Assembly (NCBI GenBank): GCA_045807245.1
Contig: JBJMHS010000040.1
Span: forward strand, 1 to 59,402
DNA length: 59,402 nucleotides
Origin: Actinomycetales bacterium
Lineage (GTDB): Bacteria > Actinomycetota > Actinomycetes > Actinomycetales > CAVURS01
Reading direction: 5' to 3'
Position numbers and translations under genes: made by a program. The notes under the pieces were generated by a model that saw nothing but the letters and a program-made list of their open reading frames with translations, ran no database searches and was not told the origin of the DNA. Of the stretch, positions 18,085 through 28,812 are shown one piece after another. The first letter of the stretch is position 1; the number at the start of each line of letters is the position of its first letter.

Positions 18085-18573
18085 GTGACGATCGACGGGC
18101 CCGTGCCCTTGCTGGTGCAGCGGCTCGATCCCGGTCTCCCGCTGCCGGAGTACGCCCATCCGGGCGACGCGGGCGCCGACCTGGTGGCCCGGGTCGACGT
18201 GCGGTTGGCACCAGGGGAGCGGGCGAGCGTGCCGACCGGCATCGCCATCGCACTGCCGCAGGGGTACGCCGCGTTCGTCCTCCCGAGATCCGGTCTGGCC
18301 GCGCGCCTCGGCGTGACAACGCTCAACGGGCCAGGCACCGTGGATGCTGGGTACCGCGGCGAGATCACCGTCATCCTGGTCAACACCGACCGCACCGAGC
18401 CGGTGGAGATCAGGCGCGGGGACCGGATCGCCCAGCTGGTCGTCCAGCGCGTCGAGCAGGCCCGGTTCGTGCCGGTGCAGACCCTGCCGGGGTCGGACCG
18501 CGGGACCGACGGCCACGGCTCGACCGGTGGCTTCGGCACGAGGACAGAGACGACAGCAGGAGGCGGGCAGTGA
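18085..18573 (+). CDS. dut: dUTP diphosphatase
   Basis: [26 protein letters not shown] and [10 protein letters not shown] motifs. Confidence 0.96.
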   Translation: MTIDGPVPLLVQRLDPGLPLPEYAHPGDAGADLVARVDVRLAPGERASVPTGIAIALPQGYAAFVLPRSGLAARLGVTTLNGPGTVDAGYRGEITVILVNTDRTEPVEIRRGDRIAQLVVQRVEQARFVPVQTLPGSDRGTDGHGSTGGFGTRTETTAGGGQ

Positions 18574-19370
18574 GCCTGTTCAAGCGGCGCGACCGCTCAG
18601 CGGACGACGACCAGGCGGAGGACCTCGAGTACAGCGAGGGCCGTGACGCCGAGGGTGCCGATGACGATGGCCACGCCGAGGACCCCGAGGACTCGGCCAT
18701 GACTGGTGAGCGGACCGCGGCCCTGCAGGCCGAGGCCGACCTGCGCAAGAACGGCCCGTTCGACGTGAGCGAGGTCGAGGACACCTCCGCGCTGCTCGAC
18801 CTCGGGTCGATCCTGGTCGCGCCGGCGGACGGCATGGAGCTGCGGCTCGAGCTGAGTGAGGACGAGGGTCACGTCGTGGGCGTGACGGCGATCGTCGGGG
18901 AGTCAGCCGTCCAGGTCCAGGCCTTCGCCGCGCCACGGTCGGAGGGGATCTGGGACGAGGTGCGCTCGGAGATCGCGGCCGGTCTGACCCAGCAGGGCGG
19001 GACGGCCGACGAGTCGGACGGCGCGTTCGGCCGCGAGCTCCTGGCCCGGGTGCCCGCTCAGGACGAGCAGGGTCGGTCGGCCTTCCAGCCGGCCCGCTTC
19101 GTAGGTGTGGACGGGCCGCGCTGGTTCCTCCGGGCCGTCTTCACGGGGGCGGCCGTGGAGCCGGCCCGCGCCGGGGCGGTCGAGGACCTGGTGCGGGCCC
19201 TCGTGGTGAACCGGGGGGCCGAGGCCATGGCGCCGCGGGAGCTGCTGCCGCTGAAGCTGCCGGAGATGCCCACCGAAGGGGGGCCCCCCGGTGCGGACGA
19301 GGCCGGAGCAGGGTCGGCGGGCGACCTCAACCCGTTCGAGCGGGGTCCTGAGATCACGGAGATCCGTTGA
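18570..19370 (+). CDS. DUF3710 family protein
   Basis: [43 protein letters not shown] overlap with dut. Confidence 0.9.
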   Translation: MSLFKRRDRSADDDQAEDLEYSEGRDAEGADDDGHAEDPEDSAMTGERTAALQAEADLRKNGPFDVSEVEDTSALLDLGSILVAPADGMELRLELSEDEGHVVGVTAIVGESAVQVQAFAAPRSEGIWDEVRSEIAAGLTQQGGTADESDGAFGRELLARVPAQDEQGRSAFQPARFVGVDGPRWFLRAVFTGAAVEPARAGAVEDLVRALVVNRGAEAMAPRELLPLKLPEMPTEGGPPGADEAGAGSAGDLNPFERGPEITEIR

Positions 19371-19409
19371 GGGCATAGCCGGCGGCCGTCCGGCATTTAC
19401 CCTGGTGTC

Positions 19410-19796
19410 ATGAGCGAAGAGCAGCCCGGCTTCCTGCGGCGGGCCCTCAAGGGCCTGGTGTCGTCCGAGGCGGAGCTTGAGGCCGAGGACCTGCAGGAGG
19501 TCAGCGGCAAGATGGGCGGCTGCCCGGTCAAGGAGCTGCCGGACCGCCGCGCGGCGGTCGTCTGCGGCACCTTGCGCACCGTCACCCTTCGCCCTCGCGC
19601 CAACGTCCCGGCCCTCGTGGGTGAGCTGTACGACGGGAGCGGCGTCCTGACCGTCATCTGGCTCGGCCGGCGCCAGATCCCGGGGATCGAGCCGGGCCGC
19701 AAGATCCGGATCACCGGACGCGTCGCTCAGCGCGAAGGCAAACCGGTCGTCTTCAACCCGGCGTACGAGCTGCTGCCCACCGTCGCCAGTGAGTGA
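19410..19796 (+). CDS. OB-fold nucleic-acid-binding protein
   Basis: ELYDGSG, WLGRRQIPGIEPG and NPAYEL. Confidence 0.88.
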   Translation: MSEEQPGFLRRALKGLVSSEAELEAEDLQEVSGKMGGCPVKELPDRRAAVVCGTLRTVTLRPRANVPALVGELYDGSGVLTVIWLGRRQIPGIEPGRKIRITGRVAQREGKPVVFNPAYELLPTVASE

Positions 19797-20478
19797 TGCG
19801 CCAGCTGCTCCGGTAACCGTCGAAGAGCTGGTCCGCGGACGGCTGTCCGAGCAGCTGGGCGGTCCGCGGGGGTCGCTCGAAGCGTCCGTCCCGACCGTCG
19901 CGTTCGTCATCGCGTGGACGGCCCACCACGACTTCGGGCTGGCGGTCACGGTCAGCGTCGCCCTCGTCGCCGTGATGCTCGGCGCACGGGTGTTGCAGCG
20001 GCAGACTCCACGGTTCGTCCTGAGCAGCCTGGTGGCGCTCGCCCTGGCGGCCTACTTCGTGCACCGTAGCGGCCGGGCCCAGGACGCTTACCTGCCCGGC
20101 ATCCTCTACAGCGCCGGCGCCGGCGCAGTGACCGTGATCTCGGTGCTCGTGCGCTGGCCGGTCATCGGGTTCGTCGTCGGCGCAGCCGAGGACCCCGAGG
20201 ACCCTCTGGCCTGGCACCGCCACCCGGGCATCGTCCGGCTGTGCCAGCGGCTCACGCTCGTGCTGGTCGGCCTGTACGCCGTGCGGCTCGCGGTCATGCT
20301 GCCGCTGTACTGGGCCGGCCAGGTCGCCGCCCTCAGCGTCGCGAAGATCGTGCTGTCCTGGCCGCTCTACCTGCTGGGGGTGGCGGTCATGGGCTACATC
20401 CTGGTCCGCGGCCACACGCCGCTCCAGCCCGAGGACCTGGACAACGTCGTCCCGGACGGAGCGGACGCTAGCTCTTGA
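19789..20478 (+). CDS. DUF3159 family membrane protein
   Basis: LGGPRG..E...P start, multiple TM segments, SVLVRWPVIG; conserved position next to trkA. Confidence 0.85.
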   Translation: MSDAPAAPVTVEELVRGRLSEQLGGPRGSLEASVPTVAFVIAWTAHHDFGLAVTVSVALVAVMLGARVLQRQTPRFVLSSLVALALAAYFVHRSGRAQDAYLPGILYSAGAGAVTVISVLVRWPVIGFVVGAAEDPEDPLAWHRHPGIVRLCQRLTLVLVGLYAVRLAVMLPLYWAGQVAALSVAKIVLSWPLYLLGVAVMGYILVRGHTPLQPEDLDNVVPDGADASS

Positions 20479-21154
20479 CGTCTTCTTGCTGCTGCTCATG
20501 CGGCGCGAGCAGGCCCTGAAGGCTGTCCTCCGACTCGGGCACGGTGAGGATCAACAGCTCGTCGTGCGCCTCGAGGGCGTCGTCCGGGGTGGGTGGGATG
20601 GGCCGCTCGCCGCGAATGATGCTGACCAGGACGGTGTCCTCCGGCCAGTGCACGTCACCGACTCGGGTTCCGACGTACGGCGAGGTGTCCGGCAGCGTCA
20701 TCCCGACCATCGTCGCGTGGCCCTGCTGGAACTGGAAGATCCGCACCAGGTCACCGACGGAGACCGCTTCCTCGATCAGGGCCGTCATGAGCCGCGGAGT
20801 GGACACGGCGACGTCCACGCCCCAGGCCTCGTCGAACATCCACTCGTTCTTGGGGTTGTTCACCCGCGCGACCGTCCGGGGCACGCCGAACTCGGTCTTG
20901 GCCAGCAGCGAGACGACCAGGTTGGCCTTGTCGTCTCCCGTCGCGGCCACGACGACGTCCGCGTGCTCCAACCCGGCCTCGTGCAGGGCAGCGATCTCGC
21001 AGGCGTCGGCCAGCAGCCACTGGGCACCGTCGACGTTCGAGCGCTGGACGACCTCGGGGACCCGGTCGACGAGCAGCACGTTGTGGCCGTTCTCGATCAG
21101 CTCGCGGGCGATGGAGCGGCCCACACTGCCGGCCCCGCCGATCACGACCCGCAT
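20468..21154 (-). CDS. trkA: TrkA family potassium uptake regulatory protein (RCK, CeoC-like)
   Basis: GAGSVG, ATGDDKANLV, WGVDVAVSTP and a C-terminal RCK_C domain. Start set at ATG 21154. Confidence 0.92.
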   Translation of the reverse strand: MRVVIGGAGSVGRSIARELIENGHNVLLVDRVPEVVQRSNVDGAQWLLADACEIAALHEAGLEHADVVVAATGDDKANLVVSLLAKTEFGVPRTVARVNNPKNEWMFDEAWGVDVAVSTPRLMTALIEEAVSVGDLVRIFQFQQGHATMVGMTLPDTSPYVGTRVGDVHWPEDTVLVSIIRGERPIPPTPDDALEAHDELLILTVPESEDSLQGLLAPHEQQQEDVKS

Positions 21155-21212
21155 GGGGTCGCTGCGCCTGACTGCTGCAGTGGTCACTGTCATCGACCTC
21201 GTCGACTTCCGC

Positions 21213-21875
21213 TCAATGGACCGGAGGCGCGGCCTTGAGCACCTCGGTCACTCGGTCCAGGTCGTCCTCGTAGCTCAGCATGTGGAGCAGGTCGCCGTCC
21301 TGGAACACCGTGTCCGACTCCGGCAGCAGGCCCTCACCGAGCCGGGTCAGGTACGCCACTCGCGCCCCCGACTCGGACTCGATCCGGCTGATCCGCTCAC
21401 CCACCCAACCGTCGCCTACGGGCACCTCGGCGACGACCACCTTGCCGCTGGGGTCCTGGTGGTCCGGCGTGGCGCCCTTGGGCAGCAGACGGCGCAGCAT
21501 CTGGTTCGCCGTCCAGCGGACCGTCGCCACCGTAGGGATTCCCAGGCGCTGGTAGACCTCGGCTCGGCCGGGGTCGTAGATCCGGGCCACGACGTTCTCG
21601 ATGCCGAACGTCTCGCGGGCCACTCGCGCCGCGAGGATGTTGGAGTTGTCGCCGCTGCTCACCGCGGCGAAGGCGTAGGCCTGCTCGATGCCGGCCTCCC
21701 GCAGGGTGTCGCGGTCGAAGCCGACCCCCTCGATCCGGCGCCCCTGGAACGACGTGCCCAGCCGCCGGAACGCCGCGCCGTCCTGGTCGATGACGGCGAC
21801 GTCGTGGCCCTTCTCCTCGAGGCTGATGGCCAGGCTGGAACCCACCCGGCCGCAGCCCATGATCACGAAGTGCAC
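21213..21875 (-). CDS. trkA: TrkA family potassium uptake regulatory protein (RCK, CeoB-like)
   Basis: IMGCGRVG, SSGDNSNI and VARIYDP. Confidence 0.92.
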   Translation of the reverse strand: MHFVIMGCGRVGSSLAISLEEKGHDVAVIDQDGAAFRRLGTSFQGRRIEGVGFDRDTLREAGIEQAYAFAAVSSGDNSNILAARVARETFGIENVVARIYDPGRAEVYQRLGIPTVATVRWTANQMLRRLLPKGATPDHQDPSGKVVVAEVPVGDGWVGERISRIESESGARVAYLTRLGEGLLPESDTVFQDGDLLHMLSYEDDLDRVTEVLKAAPPVH

Positions 21876-21921
21876 GACGACAACATAGACGGCTCAGGCC
21901 GGACCCCTAGCATGGCTGTTC

Positions 21922-23991
21922 GTGTCGACGGCCGGACGTGTCCTCAAGCGGTTGCTGGTGGGCCAGCCCTTCACCAACGACAAGCTCGGCGACACGCTGC
22001 TCCCCAAACGGATCGCCCTGCCGGTCTTCGCCAGTGACGCCCTGTCATCGGTCGCGTATGCCCCCGACGAGATCTTCATTACCTTGTCGGTGGCCGGTCT
22101 GTCGGCGTACGCGTTCTCCTGGAAGGTCGGCATCGCGGTCGCCGTCGTGATGCTCACGATCGTGGCTTCCTACCGCCAGAACGTGCACGCCTACCCCTCC
22201 GGCGGCGGTGACTACGAGGTCGCCACGACGAACATCGGCTCGTTCGCCGGGCTGACGGTGGCCAGCGCCCTGCTGGTCGACTACGTCCTGACCGTGGCCG
22301 TCTCGGTGTCCTCGGGCGTGCAGAACGCCACGTCGGCGCTGCCGTTCGTCAACGGGCACGAGTCGGTCGTGGCGACCGCTCTGGTGATCGTTCTGATGGC
22401 GATGAACCTCCGGGGCATCCGCGAGTCGGGCTCGACCTTCGCCGTCCCGACGTACTGCTTCATGCTCTCGATCATCGGGATGGTCGTGTGGGGGCTCAGC
22501 CGAGAGGTCTTCGGCGACCTCCCGCACGTCGACAGCGCGAAGTTCACCATCGCCAGCGACCCCAACTTCGCCCACGGCCTGGGCAGCGCCCTCGGGGCGT
22601 TCCTCATCCTGCGGACGTTCTCCTCGGGCTGCGCCGCCCTGACGGGCGTCGAGGCGATCAGCAACGGCGTGCCGGCGTTCAAGAAGCCGAAGAGCAAGAA
22701 CGCCGCGACGACGCTGCTGCTGATGGGCACCATCGCGGTCACCATGTTGCTGGGCATCATCATGCTCGCGAACATCGCGCACCTGCGGTACGTCGACCCG
22801 GACAACGACATGGACCGGCTGACGCTGAACGGTCGGCATCTGGTGCAGTCCGGCTCGGGTGCGGCCAAGCTGCCGGACGGCACGGAGTACGACCAGCAGA
22901 CCGTGATCGGCCAGCTGGCCCATGCCGTGTTCTCGAACTTCTCGCCGGCCTTCTATTTCACCATCGCGGCGACCGGGATCATCCTCATCCTTGCCGCCAA
23001 CACGGCGTTCAACGGCTTCCCGGTACTCGCGTCGATCCTGGCCCGTGACGGCTTCCTGCCGCGCCAGCTGCACACCCGCGGTGACCGGCTCGCGTTCAGC
23101 AACGGCATCGTGATCCTGGCCGGCGCGGCCATCGTGCTGATCCTCGCGTTCAACGCGCAGCCGACCCGGCTGATCCAGCTCTACATCGTCGGTGTGTTCG
23201 TCTCGTTCACGACCAGCCAGATCGGCATGATCCGGCACTGGAACCGCCTGCTGAAGACCGAGCGCGATCGGCGTACCCGCGCTCGCATGCAGCGCAGCCG
23301 CGCGATCAACGCCGTCGGCGCGAGCATGTCGGGCACCGTCCTCGTCGTCGTCCTGGTCACCAAGTTCACCAAGGGTGCCTGGATCGCGATCGCGGCCATG
23401 GCCGTGCTGTTCGTGATGATGCGCGGCATCCAGCGGCACTACGCAAGGGTGCAGCTCGAGCTGCAGCCGGACGAGACCATCGACGAGTCGGTGCTGCCCA
23501 GCCGGGTGCATGCCATCGTGCTGGTCTCCAAGATCCACAAGCCGACGCTGCGAGCGCTGGTCTACGCCCGGGCGACCCGGCCGTCGATCCTCGAGGCGGT
23601 CACCGTCAATGTCGAAACAGACGCGACGAAGGCCCTCCAGGCGGAGTGGACCCGCCGCGACCTCCCGGTCCCGCTGAAGATCCTCGACTCGCCGTACCGT
23701 GAGATCACCCGGCCGATCCTGGAGTACGTCAAGTCGATCCGGCGGACCAGTCCGCGCGACGTCGTCATGGTCTACATCCCCGAGTACGTCGTCGGGCACT
23801 GGTGGGAGCAGCTGCTGCACAACCAGAGCGCGCTGCGGCTCAAGGGCCGGCTCCTCTTCACGCCGGGTGTGATGGTCGCGAGCGTGCCGTGGCAGCTGAG
23901 CTCGACCGACCACATCCAGATGCCGTCGACGGTGAAGCCGGTGCCGGACCAGGCGTCGGGAGACGCCCAGGCGCCGCGCATCCCGCGCTGA
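21922..23991 (+). CDS. APC-superfamily permease, KimA/YdaO-like
   Basis: FASDALSSVAY, YPSGGGDY, DYVLTVAVS, ALTGVEAISNG; about 12 TM segments and a cytoplasmic tail with LHNQSAL. Confidence 0.88.
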   Translation: MSTAGRVLKRLLVGQPFTNDKLGDTLLPKRIALPVFASDALSSVAYAPDEIFITLSVAGLSAYAFSWKVGIAVAVVMLTIVASYRQNVHAYPSGGGDYEVATTNIGSFAGLTVASALLVDYVLTVAVSVSSGVQNATSALPFVNGHESVVATALVIVLMAMNLRGIRESGSTFAVPTYCFMLSIIGMVVWGLSREVFGDLPHVDSAKFTIASDPNFAHGLGSALGAFLILRTFSSGCAALTGVEAISNGVPAFKKPKSKNAATTLLLMGTIAVTMLLGIIMLANIAHLRYVDPDNDMDRLTLNGRHLVQSGSGAAKLPDGTEYDQQTVIGQLAHAVFSNFSPAFYFTIAATGIILILAANTAFNGFPVLASILARDGFLPRQLHTRGDRLAFSNGIVILAGAAIVLILAFNAQPTRLIQLYIVGVFVSFTTSQIGMIRHWNRLLKTERDRRTRARMQRSRAINAVGASMSGTVLVVVLVTKFTKGAWIAIAAMAVLFVMMRGIQRHYARVQLELQPDETIDESVLPSRVHAIVLVSKIHKPTLRALVYARATRPSILEAVTVNVETDATKALQAEWTRRDLPVPLKILDSPYREITRPILEYVKSIRRTSPRDVVMVYIPEYVVGHWWEQLLHNQSALRLKGRLLFTPGVMVASVPWQLSSTDHIQMPSTVKPVPDQASGDAQAPRIPR

Positions 23992-23992
23992 C

Positions 23993-25360
23993 GTGCCGCA
24001 CGTATCCCCGAGGCCGGTCGGTCGGCCGGGTGGCCGGCCCGCCGATCAGCTGGTCGGTCAGCTGGTCGAGCTCGAGGTGGGTGCGGTCGCTCACGGCGGC
24101 CACTGTGTGGCCCGGCTCGACGGGCGGGTCGTGTTCGTTCGCCACGCGCTGCCCGGGGAGGTCGTCCGCGCGCGCGTCACCGAGGGCGGTGAGGGGTCGC
24201 GCTACCTGCGAGCGGATGCGGTCGAGATCCTCAGCCCTTCCCCGGACCGGGTCGGGCCGCCGTGCCCGTACTCGGGTCCCGGCGCGTGCGGTGGCTGCGA
24301 CTGGCAGCACGCCGGTCCGGTGGCCCAACGCGCGCTCAAGGCAGCCGTCGTCCGCGAGCAGCTGCATCGGCTGGCCGGTCTCGACGTCGACGTGACGGTG
24401 GAGCCGCTGGACGGCCGGACGGACGGTCTCGGCTGGCGGACGCGGGTCCAGCACGGCGTCGACGACACCGGTCGGCTGGGCTTCCGGCGGCACCGGTCGC
24501 ATGACGTGCTGGCCGTGGATGCCTGCCTGATCACGCACGAGTCGGCGGCGGCCGTGGGACATCTGCGGGCCGGCTGGAGCGGAGCAGCGGGTGTCGAGGT
24601 CGTGGCTCCGGCCGGCAGCGCGGAGCGTCTCGTGGTGGTGACCCCGGCGGAACGCGGAGGGCGCCGGCTGCGGCTGCCCGAGGTGGACGCTGCTGTCGCC
24701 GTGGCGGATACGAGTCCGGGCGAGCCCGGGCCGGCGCTGCGGCGCGTGAAGGGCCGCACCTGGGTGGCGGAGCGGGTCGCCGTGGGGGACTGGCAGCGAG
24801 AGTTCCGGATCACCGGTGGCGGCTTCTGGCAGGTGCATCCCGCGGCGGCGGAGACTTTCGTGGCGGTCGTGCTGGACCTGCTTGCTCCCCGCGCCGGTGA
24901 GCGGGCGCTGGACCTCTACAGCGGGGTCGGCCTGTTCGCGGCGGCGCTCGCCGACCGGGTCGGGCCGTCCGGCGCGGTGGTGGCCGTCGAGAGCGACGCT
25001 CGTGCGGTGGCCGACGCGCGCCGCAACCTGCATGACCTGGACCAGGTGCGGCTGGTCCGCGGCGCGGTGGCCACGGCGCTCCCCGGGGCACTGGCCGCGC
25101 TACCGGGGGAAACGGCAGACCTCGTGGTGCTGGACCCGCCCAGGGTCGGGGCCGGGCGCAGGGTCGTCGAGCAGCTGTGCCGGGCGGCGCCGCGCGCCAT
25201 CTGCTACGTGGCCTGCGACCCCGCCGCGCTGGCTCGCGACCTGGCGACGGCTGGCGAGCAGGGGTACGGTCTGGCGGCGCTGCGGGCGTTCGACGCCTTC
25301 CCGATGACCCACCACGTGGAGTGCCTGGCCCTGCTCACCCGGACCGCTCAGCCGGACTAG
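23993..25360 (+). CDS. TRAM-domain RNA (uracil-5)-methyltransferase (RlmD/TrmA family)
   Basis: TRAM N-terminus, C..CGGCDWQH Fe-S motif, FWQV, DLYSGVG, LDPPR, YVAC and FPMTHHVE. Confidence 0.92.
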   Translation: MPHVSPRPVGRPGGRPADQLVGQLVELEVGAVAHGGHCVARLDGRVVFVRHALPGEVVRARVTEGGEGSRYLRADAVEILSPSPDRVGPPCPYSGPGACGGCDWQHAGPVAQRALKAAVVREQLHRLAGLDVDVTVEPLDGRTDGLGWRTRVQHGVDDTGRLGFRRHRSHDVLAVDACLITHESAAAVGHLRAGWSGAAGVEVVAPAGSAERLVVVTPAERGGRRLRLPEVDAAVAVADTSPGEPGPALRRVKGRTWVAERVAVGDWQREFRITGGGFWQVHPAAAETFVAVVLDLLAPRAGERALDLYSGVGLFAAALADRVGPSGAVVAVESDARAVADARRNLHDLDQVRLVRGAVATALPGALAALPGETADLVVLDPPRVGAGRRVVEQLCRAAPRAICYVACDPAALARDLATAGEQGYGLAALRAFDAFPMTHHVECLALLTRTAQPD

Positions 25361-25438
25361 CGAATGCCGGCCCGGGGCAATCCCCAGGGCCGCCGAGCGG
25401 TTTCGGTGGCGCCCGGCCGAGTGCGGCATGCTGGCCCG

Positions 25439-25885
25439 ATGGCAGGTCGACACGGCGTCCCGTCCGAGGGACGCAGGTCGCACGCGCGTGCTGCGCGCCG
25501 AGACCGGCGCCGCCGCCTGCTCCGCCGCGACGCCGCCCAGCCCTGGCTGCTCTGGCTGTCCTTCCGGGTCGTCCTGGCCCTGGTCGTGCTCGGGGCGGCG
25601 GCCTGGTCCGTGCTGCTGATCGCCCGGGGCAAGGGCGGCTACTGGCCCGTCGTCGCGGTAGGTGCCGGGGCTCTGTCGCTGCTCATGATCGGCTTGGACG
25701 TGCGCGCCCGGCGGCGGCAGCGGGCCGCCCTGCGGGTCCCCAGCGTGGCCCGGCTGACCCAGCCCACGACGCCCCCGCGCCAGTACCGCGGCTCGCATCA
25801 CGCCGACGGACAGGATCCGGTCGTGCTCGACCCGGCGCGCCCGGAGGTGCCCCGGCAGCCCGGCCGCCACAGCCACCGCCGCTGA
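25439..25885 (+). CDS. Hypothetical membrane protein (two TM helices)
   Basis: Fills the gap before acnA; CATGCT-N6-ATG; two hydrophobic stretches; family not recognised. Confidence 0.55.
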   Translation: MAGRHGVPSEGRRSHARAARRDRRRRLLRRDAAQPWLLWLSFRVVLALVVLGAAAWSVLLIARGKGGYWPVVAVGAGALSLLMIGLDVRARRRQRAALRVPSVARLTQPTTPPRQYRGSHHADGQDPVVLDPARPEVPRQPGRHSHRR

Positions 25886-25925
25886 ACCTCTCCGGTGCTG
25901 ACAGGGTCCACCGTCGTATGGTAGA

Positions 25926-25943
25926 TATCTCGATATCAAGATA
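25926..25943. promoter_or_regulatory. 18-bp palindromic operator TATCTCGATATCAAGATA (TamR/PecS-type MarR box) upstream of aconitase
   Basis: 8 of 9 base pairs symmetric; AT-rich island about 40 bp before the acnA start. Confidence 0.75.
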
Positions 25944-25984
25944 AATTCTCTGCAGACGCGATCGGCGACGGCGAGGAGCGAAGC

Positions 25985-28789
25985 GTGAGCAACGCCAGCA
26001 CGGGTACGACGGGCAGTATCGACAGCTTCGGCGCCAAGGGCACGCTCGTCGTCGGCGGTTCGTCGTACGAGGTGTTCCGGCTCGGGGCCGTCGAGGGGGC
26101 CGACGCGCTGCCGTACAGCCTCAAGGTCCTGCTCGAGAACCTGCTCCGCACGGAGGACGGCGTCAACATCACGGCCGACCACATCCGCGCCCTCGCCGGC
26201 TGGGACCGTGAGGCCGAGCCGGACACCGAGATCCAGTTCACGCCCGGGCGCGTGATCATGCAGGACTTCACGGGCGTTCCCTGCATCGTCGACCTGGCCA
26301 CGATGCGTGAGGCCATCGTCGAGCTGGGGGGCGACGCCGCGAAGGTCAACCCGCTCGCACCGGCCGAGCTGGTCATCGACCACTCGGTCATCGCCGACGT
26401 CTTCGGCCGGCCGGACGCGTTCGAGCGCAACGTCGAGTTCGAGTACCAGCGCAACCGCGAGCGGTACCAGTTCCTGCGCTGGGGCCAGGGTGCGTTCGAC
26501 GACTTCAAGGTCGTGCCGCCGGGCACCGGCATCGTCCACCAGGTCAACATCGAGTACCTCGCGCGGGTCGTCATCACGCGCGACAGCGCGGGCCCGACGC
26601 AGGCCTACCCGGACACGCTGGTCGGCACGGACTCGCACACGACGATGGTCAACGGCCTGGGCGTCCTGGGCTGGGGCGTCGGCGGCATCGAGGCGGAGGC
26701 CGCGATGCTCGGCCAACCGGTGTCGATGCTGATCCCGCAGGTCGTCGGGTTCAAGCTGAGCGGCGAGATCCCTGCGGGCGCAACGGCGACCGACGTCGTC
26801 CTCACGATCACCCAGATGCTGCGCAAGCTCGGAGTCGTCGGCAAGTTCGTCGAGTTCTACGGCGAGGGCGTCGGCGCGGTGCCCCTGGCCAACCGGGCCA
26901 CGATCGGCAACATGAGCCCGGAGTTCGGCTCGACGTGTGCCATCTTCCCCATCGACCAGGTGACGCTGGACTACCTGACCCTGACCGGTCGCTCCGCCGA
27001 CCAGGTCGCGCTGGTCGAGGCGTACGCCAAGGACCAGGGTCTCTGGCACGACCCGAGCCGTGAGGCGCGCTACTCGCAGACGCTCGAGCTCGACCTGTCC
27101 ACGGTCGTGCCGAGCATCGCCGGGCCCAAGCGGCCGCAGGACCGGATCGCCCTCAGCGACGCGAAGGCAGCCTTCCGCGGCGTCCTCCCCGACTACGTCA
27201 GGCACCGCGAGGGCGACGAGACGCTCGGCGACAGCTTTCCGGCCAGCGACCCCCCGACGCCCGACACGGCCCAGCCGGAGGACGACGCTCCGGCGTTGCA
27301 GCCGGCCAACGGCCGGCCCAGCCGCCCCACCCCGGTGACGCTGGACGACGGCACCCAGACGGAGCTCGACCACGGCGCCGTCGCGATCGCGTCCATCACC
27401 TCGTGCACCAACACGTCGAACCCCTCGGTCATGGTCGCGGCGGCCCTGCTCGCCAAGAACGCCGTCGAGAAGGGCCTGGCCAGCAAGCCGTGGGTCAAGA
27501 CGTCGCTCGCGCCCGGCAGCAAGGTCGTCATGGACTACTACGAGCGCGCCGGTCTGGTGCCGTACCTCGACAAGCTCGGCTTCAACCTCGTCGGGTACGG
27601 CTGCACGACCTGCATCGGCAACTCCGGCCCGCTGCCGGATGAGGTGTCGGCCGTGGTCAACGAGCACGACCTCGCCGTCGTGTCGGTGCTGTCGGGCAAC
27701 CGCAACTTCGAAGGCCGGATCAACCCCGACGTGAAGATGAACTACCTGGCCTCACCACCGCTGTGCGTGGCCTACGCCCTGGCCGGCACGATGGACCACG
27801 ACTTCGACGCCGACCCGCTCGGCCAGGACGGCGATGGCAACGACGTCTTCCTCAAGGACATCTGGCCCTCGCCGAGGGACGTCGATCGTGTTGTGGCAGA
27901 AGCCGTTTCGCAGGAGATGTTCACGACGGACTACGCCGACGTGTTCGCCGGGGACGACCGCTGGCGGGAGCTGCCGACACCATCCGGTGACACGTTCGAG
28001 TGGGACCAGGACTCGACGTACGTGCGCAAGCCGCCGTACTTCGAGGGCATGCAGGCCCAGCCGGCCGCGGTCACCGATATCAGCGGGGCCCGCGTCCTCG
28101 CCGTACTGGGTGACTCGGTGACGACCGACCACATCAGCCCCGCCGGCTCGATCAAGGCCGACAGCCCGGCCGGCCGCTACCTCAGCGAGCATGGTGTGGA
28201 CAAGAAGGACTTCAACTCGTACGGCTCGCGCCGCGGCAACCACGAGGTCATGATCCGCGGGACGTTCGCCAACATCCGGCTGCGCAACCTGCTGCTGGAC
28301 GACGTCCAGGGCGGCTTCACCCAGAACTTCGTCACGGGTGAGCAGGACACGATCTACGACGCCGCCCAGTCGTACGCCGAGCAGGGCACCCCGCTCGTCG
28401 TCCTGGCCGGCAAGGAGTACGGGTCCGGCTCGTCGCGGGACTGGGCGGCGAAGGGAACTGCACTGCTGGGAGTCCGGGCCGTCATCGCCGAGAGCTACGA
28501 GCGGATCCACCGGTCCAACCTGATCGGGATGGGTGTCCTGCCGCTGCAGTTCCCCGACGGCCAGACCGCGGGCTCGCTGGGCCTGGACGGCACCGAGACG
28601 TTCGAGATCACGGGCATCGCCGCGATCTCCGACGGCGAGACGCCGCGCACCGTTCATGTCACGGCGACGGGTGCGGGCGGCCCGGTCGAGTTCGACGCCC
28701 GGGTGCGGATCGACACTCCCGGCGAGGCGGACTACTACCGCAACGGCGGGATCCTGCACTACGTGCTGCGGTCGCTCGCCGGCGTCTGA
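25985..28789 (+). CDS. acnA: Aconitate hydratase A
   Basis: [48 protein letters not shown] and [12 protein letters not shown]. Confidence 0.98.
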   Translation: MSNASTGTTGSIDSFGAKGTLVVGGSSYEVFRLGAVEGADALPYSLKVLLENLLRTEDGVNITADHIRALAGWDREAEPDTEIQFTPGRVIMQDFTGVPCIVDLATMREAIVELGGDAAKVNPLAPAELVIDHSVIADVFGRPDAFERNVEFEYQRNRERYQFLRWGQGAFDDFKVVPPGTGIVHQVNIEYLARVVITRDSAGPTQAYPDTLVGTDSHTTMVNGLGVLGWGVGGIEAEAAMLGQPVSMLIPQVVGFKLSGEIPAGATATDVVLTITQMLRKLGVVGKFVEFYGEGVGAVPLANRATIGNMSPEFGSTCAIFPIDQVTLDYLTLTGRSADQVALVEAYAKDQGLWHDPSREARYSQTLELDLSTVVPSIAGPKRPQDRIALSDAKAAFRGVLPDYVRHREGDETLGDSFPASDPPTPDTAQPEDDAPALQPANGRPSRPTPVTLDDGTQTELDHGAVAIASITSCTNTSNPSVMVAAALLAKNAVEKGLASKPWVKTSLAPGSKVVMDYYERAGLVPYLDKLGFNLVGYGCTTCIGNSGPLPDEVSAVVNEHDLAVVSVLSGNRNFEGRINPDVKMNYLASPPLCVAYALAGTMDHDFDADPLGQDGDGNDVFLKDIWPSPRDVDRVVAEAVSQEMFTTDYADVFAGDDRWRELPTPSGDTFEWDQDSTYVRKPPYFEGMQAQPAAVTDISGARVLAVLGDSVTTDHISPAGSIKADSPAGRYLSEHGVDKKDFNSYGSRRGNHEVMIRGTFANIRLRNLLLDDVQGGFTQNFVTGEQDTIYDAAQSYAEQGTPLVVLAGKEYGSGSSRDWAAKGTALLGVRAVIAESYERIHRSNLIGMGVLPLQFPDGQTAGSLGLDGTETFEITGIAAISDGETPRTVHVTATGAGGPVEFDARVRIDTPGEADYYRNGGILHYVLRSLAGV

Positions 28790-28812
28790 ACATCCGGCGC
28801 CCGGCAGCCGTC

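Noticed and set aside
21876..21921. c-di-AMP (ydaO) riboswitch before the KimA-like gene
   Set aside because: The intergenic region is only 46 bp, too short for this riboswitch.
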